The notes: a model not told the origin generated them from the sequence alone. Counted from the first letter of the stretch, positions 38,228 through 48,543 are shown. The stretch: 64,000 bases of DNA from an uncultured Flavobacteriales bacterium (GCA_963925515.1 CAWURU010000001.1:10246-74245), one strand, 5' to 3'. Program-made: numbers and translations.

Positions 38228-38479
38228 ATGGCAAACCATAAGTCAGCTTTAAAGAGAATTCGTCAATCAGTCAAAAAGGCTGCTCATAATCGTTACTATC
38301 ATAAGACGACACGTAACGCGTTGAGAAAATTACGCACTACCACAGATGCTGCGGAGGCAACAGAGATGTTCCCACGTGTGGTTTCTATGTTGGATAGACT
38401 TGCCAAGCGCAATATTATCCACAAGAAGAAAGCTTCTAATCTGAAGTCTGGCTTAGCAAAGCACATTGCTGCTCTATAA
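38228..38479 (+). CDS. rpsT: 30S ribosomal protein S20
   Basis: 83 aa. [13 protein letters not shown]... basic helical protein. Confidence 0.92.
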   Translation: MANHKSALKRIRQSVKKAAHNRYYHKTTRNALRKLRTTTDAAEATEMFPRVVSMLDRLAKRNIIHKKKASNLKSGLAKHIAAL

Positions 38480-38510
38480 GCTTAACCTAAGTAGTGTAAA
38501 GATTAAAAAA

Positions 38511-38539
38511 ACCCATCTCGAAAGAGATGGGTTTTTTTT
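38511..38539 (+). terminator. Rho-independent terminator after rpsT
   Basis: Stem ACCCATCTC, loop GAAA, stem GAGATGGGT, followed by T7. Confidence 0.88.
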
Positions 38540-38658
38540 ATGTCTTTAATTCTGGATATGATGTACGAATCAAATACCACAATATGTTTTCGCAGCGCTA
38601 TCTCTGATGAGGACCAGCAGTTGGTATGTCTGGATATAAACATTATACAGTAAACACG

Positions 38659-38689
38659 AAAAAAAAGCCCCCAGTAAACAACTGGAGGC
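38659..38689 (-). terminator. Rho-independent terminator after the acyl-CoA ligase gene
   Basis: Minus-strand hairpin GCCUCCAG, loop UUGUUUA, CUGGGGGC (one G-U), followed by U8. Confidence 0.8.
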
Positions 38690-38713
38690 TTTTATATAAA
38701 TTGGCAACGCCTT

Positions 38714-40492
38714 TTACTCAGCGTATAAATCTTCTATTTGAGATTCGTATTTAGCTAGTATTGGCTTGCGTTTTAACTTAAATGTAGGGGTCAAGCAGCC
38801 ATTTTCAACATTAAACTCTTCAGTGTCAATGATGATTTTCTTAATTTTTTCCCACTTCGCAAACCCTGCGTTCATTCTTTCCACATCCTTCCATACACGG
38901 TCAATTATCCTGTTGTCTTTTGACATATCAGCAATGTTCGTATACGCGATGCTGTGTCTTTTACACCATTCTTTGACGCCATCCTCGTTAAGTATACAGA
39001 TTGCGGCAGGGAACCTTCTATTAGAGCCTATGACCATACTTTGAGAAATAAGGTGTGATGCTTTTAAAGAGTTCTCTAGCAACTGTGGGGCAATGTATTT
39101 ACCTCCCGAAGTTTTAAACATTTCCTTTTTGCGATCTGTAATACGAATGAAGCCATCCTCAATAACTCCTATATCTCCCGTATGGAACCATTCACCTGAC
39201 ATGACCTCTGCTGTTAACTCAGGCTCTTTATAGTATCCCATCATAATGTTAGGTCCCTTGGCAAGTATTTCGCCATCATCAGCAATTTTAGCTTCAACGC
39301 CATCAATTACTTTGCCTACTGCTCCAATCCTGATCATTCCTGGCTGCGCCGTGGAGTTGACTGAAATAACTGGAGAAGTTTCCGTCAGTCCGTAGCCTTC
39401 GAGAATGGGCACACCTATTCCGTTGAAGAATCTTGCTAACCTTGGTTGTAAGGCTGCAGAGCCTGAAGCAACAGCTTTAATTTGGGTAAGACCTAGTGCA
39501 GCACGAACTTTACTAAATACAAGCTTGTCGGCGATGCTTAGCTTCCAATGATAGAAAGCTCCGTTAGCTTGTTCTGGCTCCCACTTAAGGGCGAGACTGA
39601 CAGCCCACTCAAAAATCATTTTCTTCACGCCACCCGCGCTGGTCCCATTCGCCACAATTCCATCAAAGAACTTCTCTAAAAGTCTAGGTACTGCAGTGAA
39701 TATTGCTGGCTGCGTATAGTTAAGATCAGCTTTTATGGTTTCTATAGCTTCTGCAAAGTAGATGCTTGCGCCATTGTACATATAGAGGTATTGTATAAAC
39801 CTCTCGAAGCTGTGACACACAGGTAAGAAACTAAGTGTTTTCGCCTTTCCTTTTACCAAACCAGGAATACGAGGTGTTGAAGCGATTACGGTGGTTGTAA
39901 GATTGCTATGAGACAACATAACACCTTTGGGTAAACCGGTAGTTCCTGAAGTGTATATTATCGTAGCCATGTCATTTGGCTTTACACTATCTCTGATGCT
40001 GTTGACTTCTTCTTGTCGTGCGCTTGAATCGCCAAGACTAGTCACCTCGGACCAGTGATTCATTCCTGCGTATTGCTCAAATGTGTACACCTTCTTCATG
40101 TCTGGACATTTATCCATAACATTACTGACCTTATGATAGAGTTCGTCGTTCGAGACAAAACAATAGCTGCTCTCGCTATGGTTGAATATATATTCGTAAT
40201 CCGCCTCTGTCATGGTAGGATATAGGGGTACATCTATGGCACCAATTTGAAGTAGCGCATGATCCATGATGTTCCACTCACAACGGTTGTTATGAGAGAT
40301 TAATGCGACTTTATCGCCTGGCTTCACACCTAATTCGAGAAGTCCTCTAGACGCTTTATCTACGGCATCAAGAAATTCACTGGTGCTATAACTTTTCCAT
40401 TCTCCTGCAAGTTTAGAAGACATCATAACGTCAAGGGGGAAGTGCTCTTGTTGATACTTTGGAATATCAAATAAACGCGTCGGTTGATTCAT
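38714..40492 (-). CDS. Long-chain-fatty-acid--CoA ligase (AMP-dependent synthetase)
   Basis: 592 aa. AMP-binding signature IIYTSGTTGLPKGVMLSH. Confidence 0.85.
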   Translation of the reverse strand: MNQPTRLFDIPKYQQEHFPLDVMMSSKLAGEWKSYSTSEFLDAVDKASRGLLELGVKPGDKVALISHNNRCEWNIMDHALLQIGAIDVPLYPTMTEADYEYIFNHSESSYCFVSNDELYHKVSNVMDKCPDMKKVYTFEQYAGMNHWSEVTSLGDSSARQEEVNSIRDSVKPNDMATIIYTSGTTGLPKGVMLSHSNLTTTVIASTPRIPGLVKGKAKTLSFLPVCHSFERFIQYLYMYNGASIYFAEAIETIKADLNYTQPAIFTAVPRLLEKFFDGIVANGTSAGGVKKMIFEWAVSLALKWEPEQANGAFYHWKLSIADKLVFSKVRAALGLTQIKAVASGSAALQPRLARFFNGIGVPILEGYGLTETSPVISVNSTAQPGMIRIGAVGKVIDGVEAKIADDGEILAKGPNIMMGYYKEPELTAEVMSGEWFHTGDIGVIEDGFIRITDRKKEMFKTSGGKYIAPQLLENSLKASHLISQSMVIGSNRRFPAAICILNEDGVKEWCKRHSIAYTNIADMSKDNRIIDRVWKDVERMNAGFAKWEKIKKIIIDTEEFNVENGCLTPTFKLKRKPILAKYESQIEDLYAE

Positions 40493-40558
40493 ATCTATTG
40501 TGTTGAGTGTTTATATTTTGGAAATTCAATATAGTAAAAAAGTGCTATCGACCTTTAC

Positions 40559-42220
40559 CTATTTAAGGGTGGAAAAGTAATGACCGTTTACAACGGTCCC
40601 AATGACTTGGGTCGTCGAGCGTTGGTTTTCCTTTTGGTCTAGTAAGTTACTATTTATTATAGTGAAGTTTGCCCGTTGACCAATTCTTATGGAGCCGTAC
40701 TGGTGCTCGCCAAAAGCAGCATAAGAAGCTCCATAGGTCATCCCAATTAAAGCTTCCTTAGGACTGATTGCTTGTGTTGGTATAAAGCCTTGGATGGGCC
40801 AGTCTTCATTGTCTTTTCGAGTAGTTGCAGCGTAAAAGGTAGCCAGTGGATCTATATGTTCGATAGGAAAATCTGTTCCCAATGCCAAGATACCTGCGGC
40901 ATTTAGTAGGCGTTTATAACTGTATGCGTGGTGAATTCTATGCGGCCCAAGGCGCTCTTCCGCCCAATACATATCACTGGTGGCATGCGTAGGCTGAACT
41001 GAAGCTGTAATGTTTGGATGCGCATAGTAAGCACTGTCCTCAGGTGTCATGATTTGTGCATGTTCAACTCTAAATCTAAGATCTAACACAGTATCTAGCT
41101 CATTAAAACTCTTCAAAAGAAGGTGATGTGCACTGTCCCCAATCGCGTGAACACATAATTGCCATTGGTTTCTCACGCAGCGATCTCTAAGCGTGTTAAG
41201 TTGATCAAATGACAGTAATGGTAGTCCGTAGTGCTGAGGTAAGTCGTGATAAGGTCTGCGCAAGAGCGCTCCCCAAGACCCAAGCGCACCATCTAAGTAC
41301 GCCTTAACACTTTTAACACGTAGTAAGGGTTTTTCGATGGCTCCGTATTCTTCAAAAAAGGATAGATCCTCTTCCGTGTTACTTATCATGGCATTTATAG
41401 TAAGGTGTAGCTTGCCCTCTGTCTGAAGAGAGTCTAATAAAAGGATCTGATCCTTGTGAAGACCTGCATCAGTCATGGCTGTTAGTCCATATTTAATCAG
41501 GCTATCCTGCGCTCTTAATAAGGCGCTTCGCCAGAACTGATGTGTAGACTTAGGAAGTGTCACTAAGGTGCTGGCATTGTCAATGAGGATGCCATCCATT
41601 ATTTTTCCGCCTTTGACCTCAATATCGTTATTGATTCCGAATTCTTCCAATACTCGGGAGTTTATCCAAGCGGCGTGGCCATCTATTCGGCTTAAATAAA
41701 TGTTAACGTCGTTAAACTCGGCCAAATCAGAAGCTTTTGGATACTGTTTTGTAGGCCAGTCGTTTTGATCCCAACCTCGGCCTTGAATCCAAAGTTGATC
41801 TGGGTGAGCGGTAATGTATCTCCGAATACGGATAAGGCATTCCTCCAATGTTGAGGCGCCCACTAAATTTACGGTACTCAACATTTCTGCGTATGCGAAG
41901 AGATGGCCATGCGCATCAATAAATCCTGGATACAGATGTTCGCCATTCAAATCAACTGATCTAGCACTGCGGGGAAGCGTAGTTGAGGTGTTGTAGCTGC
42001 TGACTTCCATGATCACACCCTCTTTTACACCAATCCAGACGTACTCCATATCGAGTTTCTCTTTGATCGAATCTGCTTGTGTATCATGTAGAATAGCGTT
42101 GTAGAGGATCAAGTCAAATTTTTCTTGCGATCGATTGCCGCAGCTCGCAAGCGTTAGAACACATGTCAAAACAAGGTTATAAACAATAAAACTTCGAATT
42201 GTGTGGGTAAGATTGCACAT
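40559..42220 (-). CDS. Amidohydrolase-family metal-dependent hydrolase (YtcJ-like), lipoprotein
   Basis: 553 aa from ATG at 42220, with signal LVLTCVLTLASC. HxH metal motif YPGFIDAHGHLF. The track start at 42274 is a TTG that overlaps the purL promoter/start. Confidence 0.75.
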   Translation of the reverse strand: MCNLTHTIRSFIVYNLVLTCVLTLASCGNRSQEKFDLILYNAILHDTQADSIKEKLDMEYVWIGVKEGVIMEVSSYNTSTTLPRSARSVDLNGEHLYPGFIDAHGHLFAYAEMLSTVNLVGASTLEECLIRIRRYITAHPDQLWIQGRGWDQNDWPTKQYPKASDLAEFNDVNIYLSRIDGHAAWINSRVLEEFGINNDIEVKGGKIMDGILIDNASTLVTLPKSTHQFWRSALLRAQDSLIKYGLTAMTDAGLHKDQILLLDSLQTEGKLHLTINAMISNTEEDLSFFEEYGAIEKPLLRVKSVKAYLDGALGSWGALLRRPYHDLPQHYGLPLLSFDQLNTLRDRCVRNQWQLCVHAIGDSAHHLLLKSFNELDTVLDLRFRVEHAQIMTPEDSAYYAHPNITASVQPTHATSDMYWAEERLGPHRIHHAYSYKRLLNAAGILALGTDFPIEHIDPLATFYAATTRKDNEDWPIQGFIPTQAISPKEALIGMTYGASYAAFGEHQYGSIRIGQRANFTIINSNLLDQKENQRSTTQVIGTVVNGHYFSTLK

Positions 42221-42250
42221 AGAATTTAAATCTGTTGCTGTAAGAATAAC

Positions 42251-42258
42251 TAAATTTG
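42251..42258 (+). promoter_or_regulatory. Candidate -7 box (TAAATTTG) for purL
   Basis: Exact TAnnTTTG, 19 nt upstream of the ATG at 42277. It contains the TTG that the ORF track used as a start. Confidence 0.4.
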
Positions 42259-42276
42259 AACAAACTATTGCCAAAA

Positions 42277-44505
42277 ATGAATAGCACTGCTGTTGCCACT
42301 TTAGATCAAGCCAAAGAAATGGGACTATTGTCCGAAGAGTTTGATAAAATCAAGGAAATCCTTGGACGCACTCCTAACTACCTCGAATTGTCCATATACG
42401 GCGTAATGTGGAGTGAGCACTGTTCTTATAAAAACTCCATTGTTTGGTTAAAACAACTTCCTAAAAAGGGTCCTCACATGCTTGTAGAAGCTGGAGAGGA
42501 AAACGCTGGATTAGTGGACATAGGTGACGGATTGGCCTGTGCTTTTAAAATAGAATCACACAATCATCCATCTGCAGTTGAACCTTACCAGGGTGCGGCA
42601 ACAGGAGTGGGAGGAATTAACCGTGATATTTTCACTATGGGCGCCCGTCCAATCGCGCAAATGAACTCGTTACGTTTTGGAAAGCCTACTGAAGATCGCA
42701 CTAAATGGTTGGTAAAAGGGGTGTCAAAAGGTATCGGAGATTATGGTAATGCCTTTGGAATCCCCATGGTTGGTGGTGAAGTGTATTTTGATGAATGCTA
42801 CCATCAAAACCCACTAGTAAATGCTTTTTCTGCTGGTATTGTAGAAGTTGGAAATCAAATTTCAGCTACTTCTTCTGGTCCAGGAAACCCTGTGTTTATT
42901 GTAGGGTCTGCGACAGGAAAAGATGGTATACATGGTGCTTCTTTTGCGTCTAAGGATCTAGATGAAGATTCGGCAGAAGATATTCCTTCAGTGCAGGTTG
43001 GTGATCCCTTTCAAGAGAAATTATTGTTAGAAGCTTCGATGGAATTAGCCAACACTGACGCAGTCGTTGGAATGCAGGATATGGGAGCAGCAGGAATCAC
43101 TTGCTCTTCTTGTGAAATGTCTGCTGCAGGTGAACACGGTATGGAGATATGGCTTGATAAAGTACCCTTGCGTCAGAGTATGGAGCCATGGGAGATTCTG
43201 CTATCTGAATCTCAGGAACGTATGCTTATTGTCGTTGAAAAGGGTAAAGAACAGCAAGTGTTGGATATTTTCGACAAATGGGATTTAGAATGTGAAGAAA
43301 TAGGAGTGGTCACCTCAGGTGGAACTGTAAACTATTACTGGGAAGGTAACCTTGTCGGTACGCTTCCTGCTGAAAGTGCTGTCCTTGGTGGTGGAGCTCC
43401 TGTATACCACAGAGAATGGACTGAACCTACCTATTTTCAAGAGTATAAAAAGTTCTCAATTGACAGTATTGAAGAGCCTAAAGACATTAGGGACATAGCT
43501 AAACAGATGGTCGCACTTCCAAATATCGCGTCAAAGCGTTTTATCTATGAACAATATGACAGCATGGTTGGGACCCGTAATATGGGTACTAACGACCCTT
43601 CGGATGCAGGCGTAGTTAATATCAAGGGTACGAATAAGGCGCTTGCAATGAGTGTTGATTGTAACTCGCGTTACGTGCACGCAGACCCGGAAGTTGGTTG
43701 TGCTATGGCGGTGGCAGAAGCTGCAAGGAACATTACTTGTTCCGGGGGTATTCCTTCTGCGGTTACGAATTGTTTGAATTTTGGTAATCCATATAATAAA
43801 GAAGTGTATTGGCAGTTTGTCGGTTCGATCAAGGGAATGAGCGCCGCATGTTTAAAGTTTGATACTCCGGTAACAGGAGGAAATGTTAGTTTCTATAATC
43901 AAACTCAAATTGGAAATACTATTGAGCCTGTCTTTCCTACGCCGACGATAGGCATGATTGGAGTCGTTGAAGACAAGAAGTTTATCACCACGCTTAGTTA
44001 TAAAGATAATGGCGACTTAATCTTTATGATCGGGTCCAACAGAAATGACATTTCTTCTTCTCAGTATTTAGTGCATATTCATGGTATGAAGGAAAGCTCT
44101 ACTCCTTATTTCGACCTAGAGGAGGAATACGCTAATCAAAAACAGGTTCAAATGCTTATTCGTAAGAACGCCATAAAAAGTGCCCACGATTTAAGTGAAG
44201 GTGGTTTATGGGTGGGTCTTCTTGAGAAGGGTTTTTCTTCTGGCCTTGGTTTTGATGTAACCTTGCCTGCTGAATATAGAAAGGATGCTGTTCTATTTGG
44301 AGAGGCGGCGTCTAGAATCTTGGTTACTGTTAGCGAAGAGGGTAAAAACAAATTCATTGACTTGATGATGCTGAATGGTTGCGAATTCGACCTGATTGGT
44401 CATGTAACGAAGGGTAACATTAGGGTGGATGACGAAGATTGGGGCACGGTCACTGAGTACAAACATATCTACGACAATGCGCTTGGGGATATTTTAACGA
44501 AGTAA
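42277..44505 (+). CDS. purL: Phosphoribosylformylglycinamidine synthase subunit PurL (small, FGAM synthase II type)
   Basis: 742 aa from ATG at 42277. [10 protein letters not shown] motif and duplicated AIR-synthase-like halves. Confidence 0.9.
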   Translation: MNSTAVATLDQAKEMGLLSEEFDKIKEILGRTPNYLELSIYGVMWSEHCSYKNSIVWLKQLPKKGPHMLVEAGEENAGLVDIGDGLACAFKIESHNHPSAVEPYQGAATGVGGINRDIFTMGARPIAQMNSLRFGKPTEDRTKWLVKGVSKGIGDYGNAFGIPMVGGEVYFDECYHQNPLVNAFSAGIVEVGNQISATSSGPGNPVFIVGSATGKDGIHGASFASKDLDEDSAEDIPSVQVGDPFQEKLLLEASMELANTDAVVGMQDMGAAGITCSSCEMSAAGEHGMEIWLDKVPLRQSMEPWEILLSESQERMLIVVEKGKEQQVLDIFDKWDLECEEIGVVTSGGTVNYYWEGNLVGTLPAESAVLGGGAPVYHREWTEPTYFQEYKKFSIDSIEEPKDIRDIAKQMVALPNIASKRFIYEQYDSMVGTRNMGTNDPSDAGVVNIKGTNKALAMSVDCNSRYVHADPEVGCAMAVAEAARNITCSGGIPSAVTNCLNFGNPYNKEVYWQFVGSIKGMSAACLKFDTPVTGGNVSFYNQTQIGNTIEPVFPTPTIGMIGVVEDKKFITTLSYKDNGDLIFMIGSNRNDISSSQYLVHIHGMKESSTPYFDLEEEYANQKQVQMLIRKNAIKSAHDLSEGGLWVGLLEKGFSSGLGFDVTLPAEYRKDAVLFGEAASRILVTVSEEGKNKFIDLMMLNGCEFDLIGHVTKGNIRVDDEDWGTVTEYKHIYDNALGDILTK

Positions 44506-44529
44506 CCAAGATTTAAAAAATAAAATAAA

Positions 44530-44564
44530 AGAGAACGGCTTGCACTTAGTGCAAGCCGTTCTCT
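44530..44564. terminator. Bidirectional terminator with 16-bp perfect stem
   Basis: Stem AGAGAACGGCTTGCAC, loop TTA, stem GTGCAAGCCGTTCTCT, flanked by an A-run and a T-run. The loop TTA is the stop codon (TAA) of the minus-strand gene at 44546-45061. Confidence 0.85.
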
Positions 44565-45061
44565 TTTACATACCGTCCTATACGGTATTCAATACAAAAC
44601 GTAGTTGTGGGTAGAATTAAATTTCGAGCTGAACTTATCGGCCAAACAACAGAAACACCGATTCCGACTTTTTTGTAGACCCGAATCACTCCAGATATTT
44701 GCGGAGCTATACCCATGGACTTAAAGAAGTTAGAGCTGCTTTCAATCGTATGCATTATTCCCATTCTTGCTCTAAGTTCAGTTCGCAATAAAGCAACGTC
44801 AATAGCTCCTAAAAAAGATAGAACCCTCCAATCATTATAAGTATTTGATTCCTTCCAAATTCCTCCTCCGTCAGTCAATGACTGTAGCTCTATATAAAGG
44901 TTGGACCTAATGTCATACCCGATTTTGACAGCGGTGTACTGAATACCTTGACCGCTAGAAACATAACTGAATCTATTGGATTCCATAGATCTATTATGCT
45001 GTCCATAGATATTTACGGACCAAAAGCTGATAAAAACTAAAATCAAAACGAATTTTGACAT
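44546..45061 (-). CDS. Small hypothetical secreted/outer-membrane protein
   Basis: 171 aa. Signal peptide MSKFVLILVFISFWSVNIYGQ and beta-strand-like alternation. No motif recognised. Confidence 0.55.
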   Translation of the reverse strand: MSKFVLILVFISFWSVNIYGQHNRSMESNRFSYVSSGQGIQYTAVKIGYDIRSNLYIELQSLTDGGGIWKESNTYNDWRVLSFLGAIDVALLRTELRARMGIMHTIESSSNFFKSMGIAPQISGVIRVYKKVGIGVSVVWPISSARNLILPTTTFCIEYRIGRYVKENGLH

Positions 45062-45153
45062 GGCATTTGATTTATAACAATGCCTCTAATTAACAGCTTT
45101 TGATAGTTTTTGACTACTTAATAGTCATATTATTATTAATGTTTAAATAAATG

Positions 45154-46056
45154 CTACGTATAAAGAAAAGCCGCAACACGAAAAGTATTTGCATGAGCTT
45201 CAATAATATCCTTTATCTCAGGACTGTAACCGCCACCCATGTTAATAGCTATGGGAACTTGATTTATAAAACACCGCTCAAGCACCAGTTTGTCACGCTG
45301 TTTACAGCCTGCTAAACTGATATCCATTCTTCCGAGTTTGTCACCACGTAAAATATCAACACCACTTTGATAAAACACAAATTCAGGCTCCACCTTCTCA
45401 AAGAGCTTCGCGAGATGGTGGTCAAGTATTCTGAGGTAGTCAGTGTCTCCTATATAGTCCGGGAGGGGGACATCTAAGTCGCTCTGCTCTTTATGATAAG
45501 GGTAGTTTTTTTCTCCGTGCATGGAGAATGTAAAAATTCTTGAATCCTCACGGGCCATGGAGGCTGTGCCGTTTCCTTGATGAACATCAAGGTCGATCAC
45601 TAAAATTTTAGTAATGTCATGATAGTCGATTAATTCGTGAGCCCCTATGATAATGTCATTCAACAGGCAGAATCCTTCACCGCGATCGCTGAAGGCGTGG
45701 TGTGTTCCTCCTGCGATATTTAATGAGCACCCGTTTTGAAGGGCGAATTTAACAGAGTCTACAGTTCCCTGGCAAATAGTGCGCTCCCTGTTTACGAGCT
45801 CTTGAGATAGTGGAAAACCAATTTTTCGCTGCGCCTTGGGATCCAAAGTGAGTTGGTCTAATTTGTCCCAGTAGCTCTGTTCATGCGAACGCAAGACACG
45901 TTCAGTGGACAGAAGCCCCGGCGCAAAGAAATTACCAGTTTCTAGGGTGCCTTCGTATATCAGTTGCTCTGGAAGCAACGAGTATTTGGCCATAGGGAAT
46001 CTATGGTTCTCAGATAACGGATGGTGGTAAATCGGTGCCCAAGCGACTTTTAGCAT
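45154..46056 (-). CDS. Histone deacetylase-family (acetylpolyamine/acetoin-utilisation-like) deacetylase
   Basis: 300 aa. GGTHHAFSDRGEGFC and DLDVHQGNGTA zinc/active-site motifs. Confidence 0.85.
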   Translation of the reverse strand: MLKVAWAPIYHHPLSENHRFPMAKYSLLPEQLIYEGTLETGNFFAPGLLSTERVLRSHEQSYWDKLDQLTLDPKAQRKIGFPLSQELVNRERTICQGTVDSVKFALQNGCSLNIAGGTHHAFSDRGEGFCLLNDIIIGAHELIDYHDITKILVIDLDVHQGNGTASMAREDSRIFTFSMHGEKNYPYHKEQSDLDVPLPDYIGDTDYLRILDHHLAKLFEKVEPEFVFYQSGVDILRGDKLGRMDISLAGCKQRDKLVLERCFINQVPIAINMGGGYSPEIKDIIEAHANTFRVAAFLYT

Positions 46057-46062
46057 GAGCTG

Positions 46063-48474
46063 TTAACGTAATACGGCTCCTAAACGTTCATTAAGCTGGT
46101 GCAAAATTCTTTGAACACATTTTTCAACCGCTTTGTCATTTAGTGTTTTTTCAGCGTCTTGAAACGTCATGCCGATGGCATAGCTTTTTTTATCTGCTGG
46201 TAATCGATCTCCTTGATAAACGTCAAATAGAAAAACATTTTTAAGTAGTTTCCGTTCGGTTTGAATAACGACCTCTTGTAGGTCATTGTAGCTAGTATCG
46301 TGATCTACAAGCAAGGCTAAATCTCTACGAATAGATGGGAACTTTGGAAGACCCGTGAAAAGTTGCGTCCCTTTAATGAGTGCCATGGAGACAATAACAT
46401 CCCAATTCAGACTACTGTAAGCGACAGATCCTTTGACATCAAAATGGTGAAGCACTTTAGGGTGAACATTTCCTATGTAACCAACCTTGGTTTTGCCAAC
46501 TTTAATGTCTACAAACTCTCCATAAAGACTATGCATAGAGGTGATGTAGCTCGCCTTGAGACCAAACCTGATTAAGGTTGCTTCTAGGAGTCCTTTTAAT
46601 TCAAAAAAGTCATTAGCTACAGCGCTGTTTGTCCAATGGTGCTCACCGGTATTGCCGGAAATAGCAAGATCTATATGTGACGTTTCAAAATAACCATTAG
46701 CGCCTTGTCCATAGGTTTTTCCTCTTTCGAAAAAGCGGAGGCTAGGTTGTTGTCGTTTTTGATTAAAACTAATAGCCTCTAGAGCTCCAAACAGCATTGT
46801 TCCTCGCATCACGTTGAGATCTTGGCTTAATGGATTAAGCATCTCTATGAGTGACTCGCTAACTTCTGGTTGGAGTATTTGATAATTCTCACCCTTAGAC
46901 AGGCTGTTGTTCATGATTTCATAGAAGCCATTTCCGGTCAATTGATTCAAAAACGAATGTTCTAATTTTTCTGGACGAGGGTCATGTTTTGCGACGCTAA
47001 TTCTCATCTGATTAGGTACAGGGATATTATTGAACCCGTATATTCTTAGTAGTTCTTCCGCCACATCAACGTCTCTAGTGACATCAACTCTATAGGTTGG
47101 GATTTTAACTGTCCAAGCATCTTCAATGACCGAAATTATCTCGAATTCTAGAGCGTCTAAAATTTCTTTAGTTTTTTGAATTGGAAGTGCTAATCCAATA
47201 AGTTTTGAGACCTTGTTATATGAGAAAGTAAGGACTTGCCTAGGAAAGTCTAACTGTCCTTTATGGTCTATAGCACTCGCAGATGCGCCGGTAAACTCGC
47301 AGATAAGGTGTGCCGCATAAACGAGTGCTTGTGCGGTCGCGTTTGGATCAACACCACGCTCATAACGGTAACTTGCGTCAGAGTTAATACCATGACGCTT
47401 TGCCATCTTGCGCACTCTAACAGGATCGAAATAGGCACCTTCAAGGTATATAGAGCTGGTCTTGTAGTTCACGCTACTGTCTTTCCCTCCCATGACCCCA
47501 GCTAAGCAAATTACTTTTTCAGCATCAGCAATGACCAAGTCTTTTTCATTCAGCTCACGATCAACGTCATCAAGTGTAGTTAGTCGTTCTCCTTTATAAG
47601 CAGAACGTACCATTACTTTTTGACCACTTAGCTTATTGGCGTCAAATGCATGGAGCGGGTGACCGAAGGTGTGAAGGACATAGTTTGTGATGTCAACTAC
47701 ATTGTTTTTAGGGGTTAATCCAATCGCTGTAAGGCTGGCCTTCAACCAGTTTGGGCTTTCAGCTACTTGTACGTTCGTGAAATGTATTCCGGAATAGGAA
47801 GGGCAATCAGTATCTCCTAAATGCAGCTCAATAGCACTTGGCTGCGTACCCTTGAGTTTTTCATTGGGAACATAAAGTTCTGGAGCCGATTCGCCCAGGG
47901 TAAGTAGTGCTGCGCGCAAGTCTCGGGCAACTCCAATATGTCCCATCGCATCAGTGCGGTTTGGTGTTAATCCTATTTCAAAGACAAAGTCGCTTTGAAT
48001 ATTAAAGACTTCTGAACATGGCGTACCGGGTAAAAGAGTCTCATCTAGAACCATGATTCCATCCCCTCCTTGTCCAAGTCCTAGCTCACTTTCAGCGCAA
48101 ATCATACCCAAGCTTAGCTCTCCTCTGATTTTACCTTTTTTTATCTTTAATTCTTCACCGTTGGGATAAAGAACCGTTCCAATAGTAGCTACTGGTACTT
48201 TTTGTCCAGCAGCGACATTAGGCGCGCCGCACACTATTTGAATTGGCTCATCCGAACCAATCTCTATGGTAGTAACTTTAAGTCGATCTGCATTAGGGTG
48301 TTGAACACAAGTAAGTACTTGTCCAACCACCACGCCACGAAGACCACCACGAATAGTCTCTACTTCAGTAACACCCTCGACTTCAAGGCCAGTATCTGTG
48401 AGTAATTCGTCTACTCTTTTTGGATCAAGTTGAACCGGTAAAAAGCGTTTTAACCAACTGTAGGAAATGTTCAT
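46063..48474 (-). CDS. pheT: Phenylalanyl-tRNA synthetase beta subunit
   Basis: 803 aa. Typical N-terminus MNISYSWLKRFLP and tRNA-binding/B3-4/B5/FDX-ACB layout. Confidence 0.92.
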   Translation of the reverse strand: MNISYSWLKRFLPVQLDPKRVDELLTDTGLEVEGVTEVETIRGGLRGVVVGQVLTCVQHPNADRLKVTTIEIGSDEPIQIVCGAPNVAAGQKVPVATIGTVLYPNGEELKIKKGKIRGELSLGMICAESELGLGQGGDGIMVLDETLLPGTPCSEVFNIQSDFVFEIGLTPNRTDAMGHIGVARDLRAALLTLGESAPELYVPNEKLKGTQPSAIELHLGDTDCPSYSGIHFTNVQVAESPNWLKASLTAIGLTPKNNVVDITNYVLHTFGHPLHAFDANKLSGQKVMVRSAYKGERLTTLDDVDRELNEKDLVIADAEKVICLAGVMGGKDSSVNYKTSSIYLEGAYFDPVRVRKMAKRHGINSDASYRYERGVDPNATAQALVYAAHLICEFTGASASAIDHKGQLDFPRQVLTFSYNKVSKLIGLALPIQKTKEILDALEFEIISVIEDAWTVKIPTYRVDVTRDVDVAEELLRIYGFNNIPVPNQMRISVAKHDPRPEKLEHSFLNQLTGNGFYEIMNNSLSKGENYQILQPEVSESLIEMLNPLSQDLNVMRGTMLFGALEAISFNQKRQQPSLRFFERGKTYGQGANGYFETSHIDLAISGNTGEHHWTNSAVANDFFELKGLLEATLIRFGLKASYITSMHSLYGEFVDIKVGKTKVGYIGNVHPKVLHHFDVKGSVAYSSLNWDVIVSMALIKGTQLFTGLPKFPSIRRDLALLVDHDTSYNDLQEVVIQTERKLLKNVFLFDVYQGDRLPADKKSYAIGMTFQDAEKTLNDKAVEKCVQRILHQLNERLGAVLR

Positions 48475-48497
48475 GTAGCTTCGTTTTCTTAAAGACT

Positions 48498-48505
48498 CAA
48501 AGTTA
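48498..48505 (-). promoter_or_regulatory. Candidate -7 box (TAACTTTG) for pheT
   Basis: Exact TAnnTTTG on the minus strand, 24 nt upstream of the pheT ATG. Confidence 0.4.
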
Positions 48506-48543
48506 CACTTTGAAAAGTAACTGCAAAGCCCTTAAGACGTGCT

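Noticed and set aside
38135-38713. The tRNA-Glu as a possible genomic-island integration site, with the adjacent 230-nt non-coding stretch as an island scar.
   Set aside because: There is no integrase, no direct repeat of the tRNA 3' end, and no compositional break. The flanking genes (proS, rpsT, an acyl-CoA ligase) are core functions.
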